In this document: positions 47,942 through 61,300 of the stretch, one piece after another
How positions within the stretch are numbered: position 1 is the first letter of the stretch
How the letters are laid out: the number at the start of each line of letters is the position of its first letter
Assembly (NCBI GenBank): GCA_017499595.2
Contig: CM039002.1
Coordinates: 1,860,001-1,924,000, forward strand
Direction: 5' to 3'
Length of the DNA: 64,000 bases
From: Psilocybe cubensis
Lineage: Eukaryota
Made by a program: the position numbers and the translations under genes
The notes under the pieces: generated by a model
Seen by the model: only the letters and a program-made list of their open reading frames with translations
What the model was told of the DNA's origin: nothing
Database searches by the model: none

Positions 47942-49202
47942 ATGGATTACAGTTCTGAGCCCCAGCATTCTACCCTTCTCAATATCCAAGAAACGCAGCC
48001 TTTCAATGCCGAGCCGTCTGCTGCTGCTCTCGTAGAATTCCCAATTACGCCTGAAGACCTCGTATATTGTCGAAACCACGGTCCTGTGCGTGAGTTTGAC
48101 GAGAATGCCTATTCAATCATTATCAAGGGAGGCAACAAAGGAGAAGCCATGTTCTCCTTAGCTGAACTTAAGGCGCTCTCCAAAGCCACCGTCGTCGCAG
48201 CTCTCCAGGTAAGTATGCTGGTAGACATCTACATACCCCTATCTAAAATCCATGCCTAGTGCGCAGGCATCAGGCGCAAGGAAATGGGAGCAATTAGGCC
48301 AGTGCATGGCGTTCCTTGGTCCGACGGTGTCATTGCCAACTGCAAATGGGGAGGCGTCCTGCTTCCCGACCTCCTCCAGCTGGTAGGCATCGACACGCAG
48401 AATCCTAATGTGCACATCTGCTTCGAATCCCATGCTACGCTTTGCCAGGACGACACGTCCTACGGAGCATCTATCCCGCTAGCAAAGGCCATGGAGAACG
48501 ATGTTCTACTCGCATACGAGGTATGTGCATATGGACAACAGTTGTATACGCCGCACAAAGGCCTTACAAGTGTCCAATCTGTAGATGAACGACGACCCTC
48601 TGACTGCCGATCACGGAGGCCCACTGCGAGTGGTTGTCCCCGGTTACCTTGGTGCACGATGGGTGAAATGGGTAGATACAATTGTCATCTCTTCTGAAGA
48701 ATCCCCAAATTTCTATCAACAACGGGACTACAAAATACTTCCCCCATCTGTAGGTTTCTCCTTGCAAAATCTCGAACAATTGGTTGAATAACACATGTTT
48801 TTCAAGGTGCAAACAAAGGAAATGGCAAAGCCCATGTGGGATAAGTATCCGTCTATGACTGCCTTGCCTCTGAATTCTGTGGTGGCTACCGTCGGCTGTG
48901 AAGACGACGAAAAGCTATTTGTCAAAGGCTACGCTATCTCAGGTGCGACAGGACAAGTACACGCCGTTGAGATATCTGTAGACCATGGCAAAACTTGGCA
49001 CCAAGCTCGCATAACTTACCAGGAAGGTAAATGGAGCTGGACGCTCTGGGAGGTTGAAATTGCATGCAAAGAGGCGGAAGGAAAGGTATACAGCCGCGCC
49101 ATAGACACTGAAGGCAATATTCAGCCCGAGGAAGGTATTTGGAATCTGCGAGGAGTAGCATACAACGGGTGGGGAGTTGGGCAATGGAGTCGGCTCGATT
49201 AG
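47942..49202 (+). CDS. Sulfite oxidase-family molybdopterin oxidoreductase (no cytochrome b5 domain)
   Basis: [73 protein letters not shown]. Confidence 0.93.
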
Positions 49203-49297
49203 GAAATGCCGAGTGGACGCGTCGTGTCCCATGTTTAGAATCAATATTAGAGCTTGACAATACACTCTCACCATCTACATAGTATCTATCTCGAACC

Positions 49298-49579
49298 ATG
49301 CTCGGAAGACTCGTTCACTATACAGTCGATGCTGTACTTCTATCTACCGTTGTAGCGGGTGTGCGCCGCTCAAGCGGTCTCTCGTCAGTATCATGAATAT
49401 CATCATAAAGACACGTCGAACCTCATCCATATGTCACTAGCCCCGACGCATCTGCGATTCCAGATCCCACTGTCCGTTCAGTAGCGGAAAAGTTTTTGGG
49501 TGTCGGAGAGACAGTGTTCGACGTGATACAAGCCACAGCTGTAAACAGTTCTTACTTCAAGAAGTCGAGTTCCAGTTAG
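49298..49579 (+). CDS. Small DUF1748-like conserved fungal protein
   Basis: MLGRLVHYTVDAVLLSTVVAGVRRSSG|...FLGVGETVFD...SSYFKK, read by hand across one intron. Confidence 0.8.
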
Positions 49580-50123
49580 AGGAACAACACGGGATTGGTC
49601 AATATGTATGATTATTCCCTTACCACTCGATTTCAGTTTCGTCGCTGACTACATTCTTTTCAGAAAGACCTAATGATATATTATTTATCAGACGATACTC
49701 TTATGAAGTGTTACACCAGTTGTCCTCTTGATTTAGGACACCGAGCTCCTATCTGAGACATCGTTGCTCGCCTTTGCCGCAGTGGGTTGTCACTGTTGAC
49801 CTTTTTGGGTTCATATGGATCTGTACAACAGAATTACCACACATCCCTCGAATGCCCCTTCTATTGTTTTATCTGGCTTGTGAATGAGCGCGGACATAAG
49901 CTTCAAACTCCTCGACGGAGGTCCGAATCCGAGTGAGGAAGTCATACACACCCACGTCAGTCTCCGAATGAACCTGGCCTTCAGATTATTGAAAGTTAAG
50001 CATCAAGAGAATTATATCACTATCAAATTTAAGCACGTCCGAAACAAATGTTTTTGCACAATGTCAAATCTAATCATTATGATACACTATAATACATGAC
50101 AAAGGTATGCGAGAGAACGAGGG

Positions 50124-51371
50124 TTATGGGAGGACTGAGCTGGATGGAATTGACCGTATGGCTGATGAGTTTTTGGCGGTATTCCGCAGAATCTTGCTCC
50201 TTAGCAAACTAAGCGCATCCGAGCCAGAGCCAGAACCAGAACCAGAACCAGATGCTGGAATTTTCAAGCTTTTGGCCAGCGACCGCGAGCTGGAGCCAGA
50301 CGACGAAAGTGAAGTAATATCGAGCGTCGTCTTCCTCCTTTTCGCCTCTCTCTCATCATGGTCTTGTTTCGCCTTCAACCACTCCGATTTGGCAGCTTCT
50401 ACCGCCTTATCGTCGTCCTCCAACAGACTCATTGTGGCAGGCAACCCGTACCTCTCTTTGATATTATCATCCACTTGCTTCTTTTTCAATTCAATTTTCT
50501 TATTCTCGCGGAATCGCTTCCTGACTTTCAACGAAAGCGAGTATGGATCAGAGTTGTAGTGCTCCGAAACGTTCTGTAGGGACTCGATGCGGGGTTTTTG
50601 CACCTTTTCCATGTGCGTTTTGGCATCTGTGATCTTTTCAAGAGCAGCAAGAGGGTCCACGGGTGCCCCTTCTTTCTCAGTATCTAGAAACTAGTGAACC
50701 CGAATCCCAGAATGATAAAATTATCAAGGTTTGACGAACCGTGTACCGCAAACCCTCCATTCTCTTCAGGGTTCCAATCCTCGTCCTTTTGCCTTGCTCC
50801 GGACGTCACAACATAGCGCGTGTTCTATTCCAAACAAAATAGTATAGTGTCAGCGATGAAGATGACTAGAATCCTGGTAGACACTCGCCTTCGGGTCTGT
50901 CTGTATCTCAAACCACCCATCGCACAAATGACATTTGCACCGGAACGAGTAAATAGGTGTCGAGTAGTACGCCCCAATCTTCTTCTTCTCCGCATTGTAG
51001 CGCACACCCATTCCAATATGGTTGTTACATGTGCCACTAGCAATCAAGAAACGTTGATTCCACATGGACAGTTGAGGATGTGAACGAGTTACTCACCACC
51101 AGATGTTGAATGGCAACTCGAATCGGGTTATTAGAATCCCTTGATCTAGTTTCCGAGCACGGTCTCCTAGCGCATGCTTTCCTGTACGACCACGGAGAAC
51201 TCGACATTAGCCGAGTACCTTCAGCTCTGGCGCATGAACTTGCGTTACCTCGAACTTTGTTCAGACTTCCTTGTGAAGGATCATAGTCGGGCGGATAGTA
51301 TCTAGCGAGCACAATTATCAGTAGATTAATTCTGGCATAATTCCAAATTCTTACTTATTGAATCCTTGCAT
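50124..51371 (-). CDS. CWC16-family splicing factor (CCDC130/Saf4-like)
   Basis: MQGFN; YYPPDYDP; HALGDRARK..GILITRFELPFNIW; HIGMGVRYNAEKKK; YSTPIYSFRCKCHLC; TDPK; DPYSLS..RKRFR. Confidence 0.92.
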
Positions 51372-51751
51372 CGCGGATGACGGAGGTGTTGGAGGCTCGA
51401 GTCAAAGTTTCTAAACGCGTTTAATGCCTTGCCCAAAGCAGCGTCATCCCAGAAGACCTTAACAAACACATGTCAACTTTCCACGCAGAACTTGGCTTGG
51501 GCTGATTTCATCCACAAGTAATCCATTGAAGTAGACCACAAATAAATAACAGATATACTTGGTACAACTCGCGTTATGAGTACGTATGTAGATAATTAGT
51601 CAAAAACATGTGCTAAGGTCTATGACGGATTAGTTGCCGAATATATGATAGGCTGTGAGTGGTATATACAAGTCCAAAGATATGTAGTAGTAACTGTACG
51701 ACAAGACAATGGAAGACAAAAACAGAGAAACAACCCAGGACAGCAGAGGTA

Positions 51752-54700
51752 TTAGACATAGAGAGCGTAGCTCCCAATCACCGGTCTGTGGTCGCTTCGC
51801 CCTTCCAGACGGCGCATCCCCCGATCATCGAGGGTATCATATGTCAAGCACACAACGTCACCTTTGCGCGGCAGAGGAGCAGAAGGTGGCAAATTAGGGG
51901 AAGCCTCAGGCGCTTGAGCACCTTGATTGGCATGAGTAGGAGATAAGAAAGAGGGTAGGAAACGCCATATTGAAGGAGTGGCAGAGTGCGGGCGGTCAGC
52001 AGATGAAGGACTCTCTAGTCCGTCAAGTGTGTTGAATCGCCGCGATGGATGTTCATAAGCAGGCGCAGTGGGAGGAGGGGATGCCGCTGTGTTGGCTCGA
52101 CGTGGTTTTGATTCGGCATGGACATGTATGCCTGTCGTTGTCCATCAATAAAGTAGAAAGAGCAATACGTGTGAAACATCTCTTACCAGTAGGCGAACGC
52201 AAGTCGATCGGTGGTATAGGAGAACCAAACCGTACACGCGATATCGCTGGAGAGATGATTGCATCAGTAGGGGTCTTTCCCGCATCTCCAGAGAAGAGCC
52301 CAGTGCCTTGCGGTGTATTAGAGTCCCATGCTGTACGAGCAGAAGGTGGCCGAAAAGCATTAGCAAGAAAGTGACCGACGCGACTACGAGAACGTTGAGC
52401 CGATTCCGGGGAATAAATGTCCTCCGAAACAGGATCGGGCTGAACAGTTGTCTTCCAAAGAATGCGATCACACCTTTTGGAATATGAGCATGAATACGAA
52501 AGTTCATGAAACAATTACATACCAGCTTGGAACACGTTTTTTGTGGGAAGAGTCATACACACCCTTTTCCTCCACACCCGCATCGTCGGTGGGGGTAACC
52601 TGAGACCCAGAGGAGTTGACGAGGATCATTGGTGGCGGCCGTAGGAAACGACGTTTGCCGGCCTCCGGAGTAGTGACTCGTAAGGGTGACTGTGGCACCG
52701 AACGAGTGGCAGTGGTAGGTGTCGGAGGAAGAACATGCCGGTCAGAATTCCTGGACTTCGACAATTTACCAGGAAAGGCCGTTAAAGAGGGTGATAATAT
52801 AGAGAGCCATTTAACTTTTGCTTTAGTTAGTTTAGGAGAAGCGACAGATTCCTTCTCGCTCGGGACAGATGTGGGGGAAGATGCTGAGGTGTAGAAATAA
52901 GCCTCATCCTCTTGCCCGTTTTCGGTCGCCGGTCGAGAGACAGTTGAAGTTACAGCAGAGGATGCAAGAGATGCGCCTTCTACGTCTTCATCTTCTGTTT
53001 CCTCCGTTTCGCGTTCATCAACCTCTGCAACATGCCCTGACCGCTCTCCGAGGAGGGAGAGTTTAGAACGAGAGCTCGTCTTTGAACGTTTGAGGGTACG
53101 CAAGACGTCATATTTGAAAGTTGGAGGAAAGTTGATTGGAGCTTCAGAGAACCCCTTGAAATAATCTCCTTTCTTCATTAGAGCGTGGAGCTGATCGAAT
53201 TCGAATGCTTGCTTATATTCTGAAACATATATTTAATAGAATAAAACAATGTCAAGTAAACTGCAATACCTTGCCGAGAAATAAGCCAGTCAGCATGAAG
53301 GCGTGAAATATCCAGTCTAAAGTTGAGGTCTCCACAAAGGAATGTAAAATCAAAGCGGTCCGTTAAATCTGTCGGGATTGTAAGTATTCAAGATAATTAC
53401 TATTCCGCAGGATACAGCCTACCTTCAGCAACGGTGCGGTGATCATCAGCAGATAGAAAGTCTTCCACAGACAATTCGGCCTGTGCATGTAAAACGTGTC
53501 ATAATCCAAAGCAGTATACATAAATTGGGAAAGTACCTTGATCTTGGAAAGATTTGCTAGGCGATGATGACTTCTTCCCTCATGTGCTGTTATTGACAGC
53601 TCGAAGATAGTTCGATAGGTACGGAATTTTAGTGGACTTACCAGCTAGATGTGCATTCAAAAACAAAAAAGTGGTCCCGTCAATATTGAGACTGATCCCA
53701 ACACCTCCCTTATTGCCCACTCGTCCGCCAATCAGACCAGCTGTAACGGCAGATTTAGACATGCCTACAAAACATTTCAGCACAGTATTTCACCATATAA
53801 TACCGCCAGACGAACCTCGAACGAAAGGTTTGAGATCACGGTAAATGTATACAGCCATATAGATCCCCATAAGACGTTCCTTGATGAGCAGCTGGTACGG
53901 TCCTTTCCGCGTTTCCTTTGACGACTTTTGTCTCATGAGCGGTCGGGGAAATCCAACATCTGAAGTTGAAGGAGAACCGGTGCGACTCGTCACTCCACCG
54001 CAGTGACACAGGTAATCCTCAACCATCGAGGTCCATCCAACAGGCGGGTATTCAGCGTCTTCGTCCAGTTTAGGATCATCATTCCGTTCCTTTTCCCTTG
54101 GCCGTTCAGTCTCCCTGTCGAACTCTTTTGATTTGTCTCTATCTTTGTCCAAGATCTTGAAACTAGCAGCAAGTCCCATAGGTATGCCTGTTGGAGAATA
54201 AACGCGTCATGAATATAACAATGAGGTGCTATAAATATAAGATTGACCCACCCGATGGCGTAGGACATTCTTGGCCAGCACTAATGATCAGTTCGCAACA
54301 GCCCACAAAACCGAAACTACAAGAACGGGGGGGACGCACACAACGACCAGATGGTATGGATGATTCGCATCGTTAGGGAGTTGGGGAAACGTGCCAGATT
54401 TCGTAGCTGCAGTGTTGTACAGAGGCACCTTGCCAAACAACTCTTCTAGTTCTCCCTTTGCAAAGAAAAAATGGACAGAGTTGTTGGAGGAAGACTTCTT
54501 TGCCGAACGAGACGACGCACCTTTGGGAGAGAGTCATGCATATTCCATGTCAGTATTCTAACTTTGAAGCACTTGGGGTCGTAGTGATGTGGTGTATATC
54601 GCAATGCAGCGTCTCCAGGACGCGCAAATGTAGTCGAAGGGACGGCGGATCTGGGCGCGGGGGGTATTTCATGTGGGCGAATCGATGGAGAGTGGAGTTG

Positions 54701-54819
54701 ACCTTGATAATATTTTAAATAAGCGCTAGGCATACCAAGCGAATCGCAGGCAGGCAATCACCATGCTGTTGCTTGATCAACCCTGGCTGCAAGTGTGGGG
54801 GATTAGTTGTATTGGACAT
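51752..54819 (-). CDS. Inositol polyphosphate 5-phosphatase family protein
   Basis: ILTWNM; AGQEC; GNKGGVGISL; FLFLNAHLA; FLCGDLNFRL; DQL; EAPINFPPTFKYD; VPSW|CDRIL; SDHRPV. Start codon inferred. Confidence 0.93.
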
Positions 54820-55311
54820 AGCTGTAGTGTGTGTTATGAGATAGGGTGTGTTATGGTCGGGACATAGAGCAGCATGAGTTGGACATGAGCCTTGCAAGTG
54901 ACAATTCGTGTTCAAACTAATTTCGCCCGACTGACGCCAATACATCCGTTACGTAATCCACTTTTCACAAACACATTCATTGTTGACACAAGAAAAGCGA
55001 TAGCAGTAAAACAACAGTAACGATACACACACACAGACACACACAGTAGTAACCGGGTCAGAGGAGAGAGTAGTAGTAACAACATCAATATATGAAGATG
55101 GAGCAAGGGGAGAGAGACGGTCAGGAACAAAACATTGTGTTGATTCCAGGGGAGAAAAAGGCCGTTGAATAAGATAAACCACAGATAAAAGGGAAGATTA
55201 GGGTGCATCAGGGAATGTAGAGAAGAAGAAAAAGAAAACTAAACGGAGGAAAAGGAAACAAAAGAAACGAGAGAGAGAGAGAGAGACTGCAGATAAATAG
55301 GTCAAATGCAA

Positions 55312-58300
55312 TTACGGATTATATATCGCCCAGGGTTGTTCTGAGGTAGGCATCGGGCTTTCCCATTTCCATTCGTTCGGCTGGTAATACGCGCCCTCCC
55401 CTCCGTCTATATCCTTCCATAGACCTAATCGCGTAGGATCCGAGGGAGGCTCTTCCTTTTTGACCTCGCTAGAGGTTGATGAGAAAATATGGTTCACATC
55501 TGCCTCGTGGTTGGACTCTGGGCTAGGGTTTGTCGAGGACGACGATACCAAGTCGGGAGTCAACGCCTTCACATCATCATCCGCGCCAAAGGAGAAATCA
55601 AAGAATTCCTCAAAGTCAGCTGGCACAGGTTCCTCCGAAGGGACTTGCCCGTAGCCTTTCAGAATCATATCCAAGGTATCTGAAATATCCGTCGTCAACT
55701 CGGTCTGACTTTGACTCTTGATAAAGTCTGCCATCTGTTCAAAGAACGCGGTAGCTTCTTCTTCAGTCTTGATGTTTTCGACCGCCTCCTTCTCTTTCAA
55801 CATCTCCTCACTTGGCTGCTGCTCCCACTCTGTCTTGGCGCGTTTTGGTGGAGAAGGCTCATCTACAACAACAGAAGAAGACGAAGGTAGCCCATTATCC
55901 CCCGTGGCAAATTCATCTTCTTCGCGAGCACGTTTGACATTGCCACTGCTTGTCGATGCCACAGGTTGAGACGACTCAGTCGTTGACAGAGGGACAACAG
56001 GTGGCACTCCCTGCGCCTTTGATGTTTTCCGCTTGGGTTGAGGTGGCGCTTTAGATTTCTGAGGCGCCGCACGTGTTTTAGGAGATTTCCCAGCTGGGGG
56101 AGACGAAGCGACTGCAGTCGGCGTTTGCGCGCTCGAAACCGGAGTTGAGACGGTTGGTACGGGAGCGGGAGAAGGCGTCGAAGCAGCAGCCACACCAGGT
56201 GCTTGTGGTGGTTTGGGTACCCTCTTGGCCGGGGGTTGTTGGAGGATAGGGGGAGGGCGAAGGGCAGAGGTCATCTGCTGTGGTGACGGGCCGAGATTGG
56301 GAGGTTGCTGAGGTATAGGCATGCGGTTCTGCATCTCGGGTGTACCCATCATGTTCTGCTGGGGGATGGCAGGATTCAACATGGGAGGCTGTTGAGAAAT
56401 TTGCTGCTGCTGCTGTTGCTGTTGCTGTTGTGCTTGAGCTTGAGCTTGAGCCTGCTGCTGCTGTTGTTGTTGTTGTTGCAATTGTTGCAAGTGCATTTGC
56501 ATATGTGGATTAGAGTTTGGCAAACGCTGCCGGATGTTGTTGAACCAATTGGCAATAATATCACAAATGCGTTGCAACTCTTGAGACATGTTGCGCAGAG
56601 TGTCAAAAGTGACGATAAAGCGAGGGTTGGAAGTCGATAACATGGACCGTTGTTGTTGAACAATAGCGACCTTTTTTTATGTTATTCAAAAGGTTGAAAG
56701 AAAGATAGCAATATACAACTTACAATGGACACCAACTTCTTGATAAGTTCATCGTTCTTTATCAAAGTTACAATCATTTGGATTTTCTGTTCTGCATCCT
56801 GGCACTGGCGGAACATGGTCTCTAAAAGTTCATTAAACTCGTGACGCTGTTCCCCAGGATTGTCTAAAGTGGGCAGTTTAGGGATATCTGCAAAAGAAAA
56901 ATAATAAGCAATGACATTAACAAAGAAAAAAAATAAAAAGATTTACGCATTGTAAGATAATCATTCTTCATCCTCTGGTAAATATTATCAGGTCCAATGC
57001 GATTGGGACCAGGCACTCGCGACTGATTCAACCCTTGAGCCTGCGCACCGGCATTCAACAACTGCTGTTGCATCTGTTGCTGTTGCATCTGCTGTTGCTG
57101 TTGTTGCTGATGTTGTTGCTGCTGTTGCTGTTGCGCGAGTTGCTGCTGCTGCAAGAAATGCTGTTGGCGGGCGGCAGCCGCCATCGCCGGATTAAGCGAA
57201 GCACCGAGCATCTGTCCTCCAGGAGCTCCAGGGTTCTGCCCAAACGACGGCGACTGACCAATACCCGGCGCGCGTGGGATCTGCTGCGCACCGTTCTGGT
57301 CTGGCACCTGTGGTGGCATACCCCCGGGCGCATGGAGAGCCTGGTTGACATTGCGTAGCCGCGCTTGGAACGACTTTTGCTCCTGGGCCGCGCGTTGCAG
57401 ATGCGCACGGTTAGTTTCCACAAACTGGATCGTCTTCTCATCGATGCCTTGCGCGTGCAGGTCTGCAACGGATACGTGTGCCATCTGGATCATGTTTTGC
57501 ATCTGCTGCGGGCCCAGGCGCGCCAACATCTGACTCTGGAAGTTGTTCGAGGACATCATCTGTATCTTTTTGGAGGTTTCAAACGCCTGTGTAGTGTACC
57601 ATTGCTCGAACGCGGTCAGATATTCTTTGTAGACATGAGCTAGCTGTTGCGCGATGGCCGGGCCTGATTTGGCCGGTTCTGCTTCAGTGCCAGGGAATTG
57701 CACAAACCCAAGCCGAGCACCAATAACGCTCCACCAGTTGTCCTTCTGGTCAACCTTGATTGCGAATTAGATAAAGGAGATACTCCTGCACCAAGAATAC
57801 ACACCTTATTAACTCCGCCCTCTTTAATCACCTCTACATGCAGGCGATATAAATCGAGTGGGCGATTGTCAACTACAAGTAACCTCGGCTCAATCTTGAT
57901 ATTGCGCTTTGCACAAAACGCCTTGTACGCCGCGTCAAACCGAGGCTTGTCGAACGGCATGAGAGTTCCCATATTGGAAGGAACCACACCCATAACATTT
58001 GGCTGAGACGGTCCCGCTACGGGCGGTTGGGCACTTGACGGCATGGCAAACTGGCCAACACCACCGACGCTTATCGCCGGCTGCAGCGGATTGAAAGGGC
58101 TTCCGGCCTGTTGTGGCCCCGGCTGTCCAGGATGCTGTGGGGTCGGACCAGACCGAGGCGGCACAAAACCCGGGTTGCCCCCCTGTGGTTGCTGTTGCGG
58201 AAGAGATGGCGTTGGCTGCATCGCTCCCGCCTGAAGTTGTTGCTGGTTCAACGGGTTGCGGACCATCGGAGGGCCATCAAATGATGGCGTCGGGTTGTGA

Positions 58301-59755
58301 TGCGGGCCCATCCAAGACTGCTGGCCTGGGGCAGGACCACCAGCGCTGGGGTTCGCATTGGCGTTCACCTGCGACATCTGAGCTTGTTTGTTCCTGTAGA
58401 AGGAGGGAGGGAAAAAGTCAAATCAAAACCAGAACGAATGAAAAATATAGCGACTGACTGCAGTTGCATCTGCGTGTATCCATTGATCATTCGCGCAAGG
58501 ATTTCTTTCCTCTTTACCAGGTCGTTTGTAAACTCCCTATGTTTTGTTGCGATTGCCAACTCTTGAGGGGTGCCCCGGACAGCGTTCAGCTGCTGAGTGG
58601 CATTTTGAAGCACAAGTTCCATTTGTGCGATCGCGTTGCGGGCTTGAGTGATGCGATTACCAGCTTCAGCGAGACCAATCCGATTAGGCATATTAGCGGG
58701 GTTCATCATCGGCCCCGGCTGCGGTTGCACGCCGGTAGGGGGCTGGGGCATGTTAGCGGGATGAGGCGATGGACGGCGGAGCGCCTCGTTGCTCATCCCA
58801 GGCGACGAAAATATATCACCTGAAGATGAATGGTTCATCCCATTAGCAAACTGTTGTTGTTGTTGATGTTGCGCTTGTTGCGCTTGTTGTTGCTGTTGTT
58901 GCTGTTGCTGTTGTTGCTGGGCATGCTGAGCCTGTTGTTGAGCCTGTTGTTGAGCCTGTTGCTGCACTGCTTGCTGCTGCTCACGCAGCTGGTTGAGGTG
59001 CTGTTGTTGCTGCAGCTGTTGCTGGGTAATCTTGACCGGACCGTTCTGAGGCTGCTGGTTCTGTGCCATGTTGATCAGCTCAAGCTGGCGGCTGACGCTG
59101 GGATTTTGAAAAGGCATGCGAGGTTGATTGGCGTTTCCCGAAGACATTGCGCCCATATTCGGAAAGCCAGCCTGGACATGATTGGGTTGAGGGTGGACGG
59201 AGGAGGCATCGTGGAAGGAAGGTTGGTTGGCGGCGGATCCACCGAGAACAGCGCCTGCTGGATTCATCTGTGGCATCCCGAATTGCTGTTGCTGCTGCTG
59301 CTGGTATTGCTGTTGCTGTTGTGCTCGGGCAGCATGATTCTGCTGAGAGATGGACTGGGAGCGTTTCATAATCTCGGCGAACTATGGGACGAGCAAAGAG
59401 ATAAAAAGATAGGAGGAACGATCCCGGGTAAGAAAAGGGGAGAGAGAGAGAGAGAAAGAAAAAGAGTACGAACCTGGGGAGAGTTGATGTCGGGGGGCGC
59501 ACCTGAGGTCCTGTTGTTGAATTGCTGGTTCATCTGCTGGATCTGCTGCCAGACACGGGTCTGGTCCATGATAGACTGGGGGCCACCTTGAGAGTTGTCC
59601 TGCATTTGCTGTTGGGCCTGGTGTTGGATCTGCTGTTGCTGCTGTTGCTGCTGCTGTTGGGCCTGTTGCTGCTGTTGTTGGGCCTGTTGCTGCTGCTGCT
59701 GCTGCTGGAGGAGGTTGCCGTTAAACATGGGATACTGGGGCAGACGATCTGCCAT
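55312..59755 (-). CDS. Large Q-rich ARID-domain protein (coactivator/chromatin factor)
   Basis: Several polyQ tracts; ARID-like RPLDLYRLHVEVIKEGGVNK|VDQKDNWWSVIGARLGF..LAHVYKEYLTAFE; helical middle region; acidic/aromatic C-terminus. Confidence 0.85.
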
Positions 59756-59930
59756 GGCGTGGCCTCCAACTCGTAGCGCACTGGATGTAGCGGGAGAGGG
59801 CTGAGGGAGAGCGGAGATGTGGTGGTGGTGGGAAGGCAAGACTCGCAGGGCTGTGGCTGACAAGTCGGCATGTTTGCGGGAGTTGACACCACAAAAATGT
59901 TTATTTCTATCCGTCCTCACGATTATAATA

Positions 59931-61159
59931 TTACAATCTACTGCTACTACTGCTCGCATTATTATCTTTTACGACTATGATATTCGGGCCAGCCTCGAGA
60001 ATCAGATCAGAGTCCGAGTCTGAATCAGACGAGTCGCTACTATGCTTATTTACGGACGCTATGGCCTCTGGGATCAGGTGAGATGTTTCCGCCTCAGATT
60101 CTTCTTGTTCATCCTGCTCCTCTTCGACTACGCTCTCTACCTCGCGGCGGAACCAGTAACGCAGGCCGACGGGAATCATCACTCCGACGACGACGGCTGC
60201 GAGACCTAGGAAATTGCGCAGGCTGATAAGATGAAAGTCATCTGCGCTCGTCATCTCGTCGAGTCCACTGCCGATGGTTGTGTGTATGACAGAGACACCG
60301 AGGATTCCTAGCGCAGTAGAAAACCAAAAGGGCAACAGGCCTATACCGACGTGTGGACAGACTACATTGACGACCCAATGCGGGGGCAGAGGGGCTATAC
60401 GAAGGACGATCAAAAATGAAATCATGTTTTCCTTGTTTTCGCGAATCTTGTGTGCCCACTTGTCTAGGACAGCTTTCCATTTAGGCAAAGTAAGGAGAGC
60501 GGGGCCTAGGGCAGCGGAGATGAGGTAACAGAGCGTAGCTCCTGTTGCAACACAACAACACGCGAGTGGCAATGCACGGGGGACACCCCATACAGCACCT
60601 CCTAGGATGGACATGTACATGGAACCTGGAAGCGAAAAGGCCTGTAGACTAGAACAGAGACATGAAATATGACAAGACATGGACGGTAGAGAAAGACATA
60701 CAAGAGATATGTAACGACATAGCAGATGAATATGCGGTATGGAAAGATGTCTCTGTACTTTTTGAGGAGACCATTCAGCTGCTGGAGCTGGACAAAGGAC
60801 TTTGGTATGCGCAGCAGAGGGCGGTCGGCCCTGAGTAGCAAGACTGATGTCAGTGGGATGGCAAGAAAGAAAGAGAAAGCAGCCTACTCTTCGAGGGTGG
60901 GTAGAGCAAGCCAAAGGGTGCCGCCGAGGACGAGAGAGCTGAGAGCAAAGATGAGGCCCATCTTGAGGGTGGCATTAAAGATGATCTTTGCGGAGGAGGG
61001 AGGCGCTGGAGAACGGGGAAAAGTAGCGCCATAGGAGGGAGTTGCGGGGGAAAGAAGAGGGTTTCTGTCGTCGTCGTCGTCTGGATAGGTGTCGAGGGTG
61101 TAGAGGGAGGCGTTGCCGGGGGCAGGCGGGGCGATGGGCGGGGGTCTGTTCAGGATCAT
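59931..61159 (-). CDS. VTT/SNARE-associated (TMEM41/DedA-family) membrane protein
   Basis: LQAFSLPGSMYMSILGGAVWG; ATGATLCYLIS; FLIVLRIAPLPPHWVVN; hydrophobic helices. Confidence 0.9.
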
Positions 61160-61300
61160 TATTGGAAAACAGAGACAGCGGCCGGGCTGAGAGGAGGGAT
61201 AAGCAAATAAATAAATAATTATTATTAATTAATTTTCGGGGCAAAATACAGACAAACGGCCGGGCGTTGCTCGTCGTCTGCGACGAGCAGAGAGTTGACC

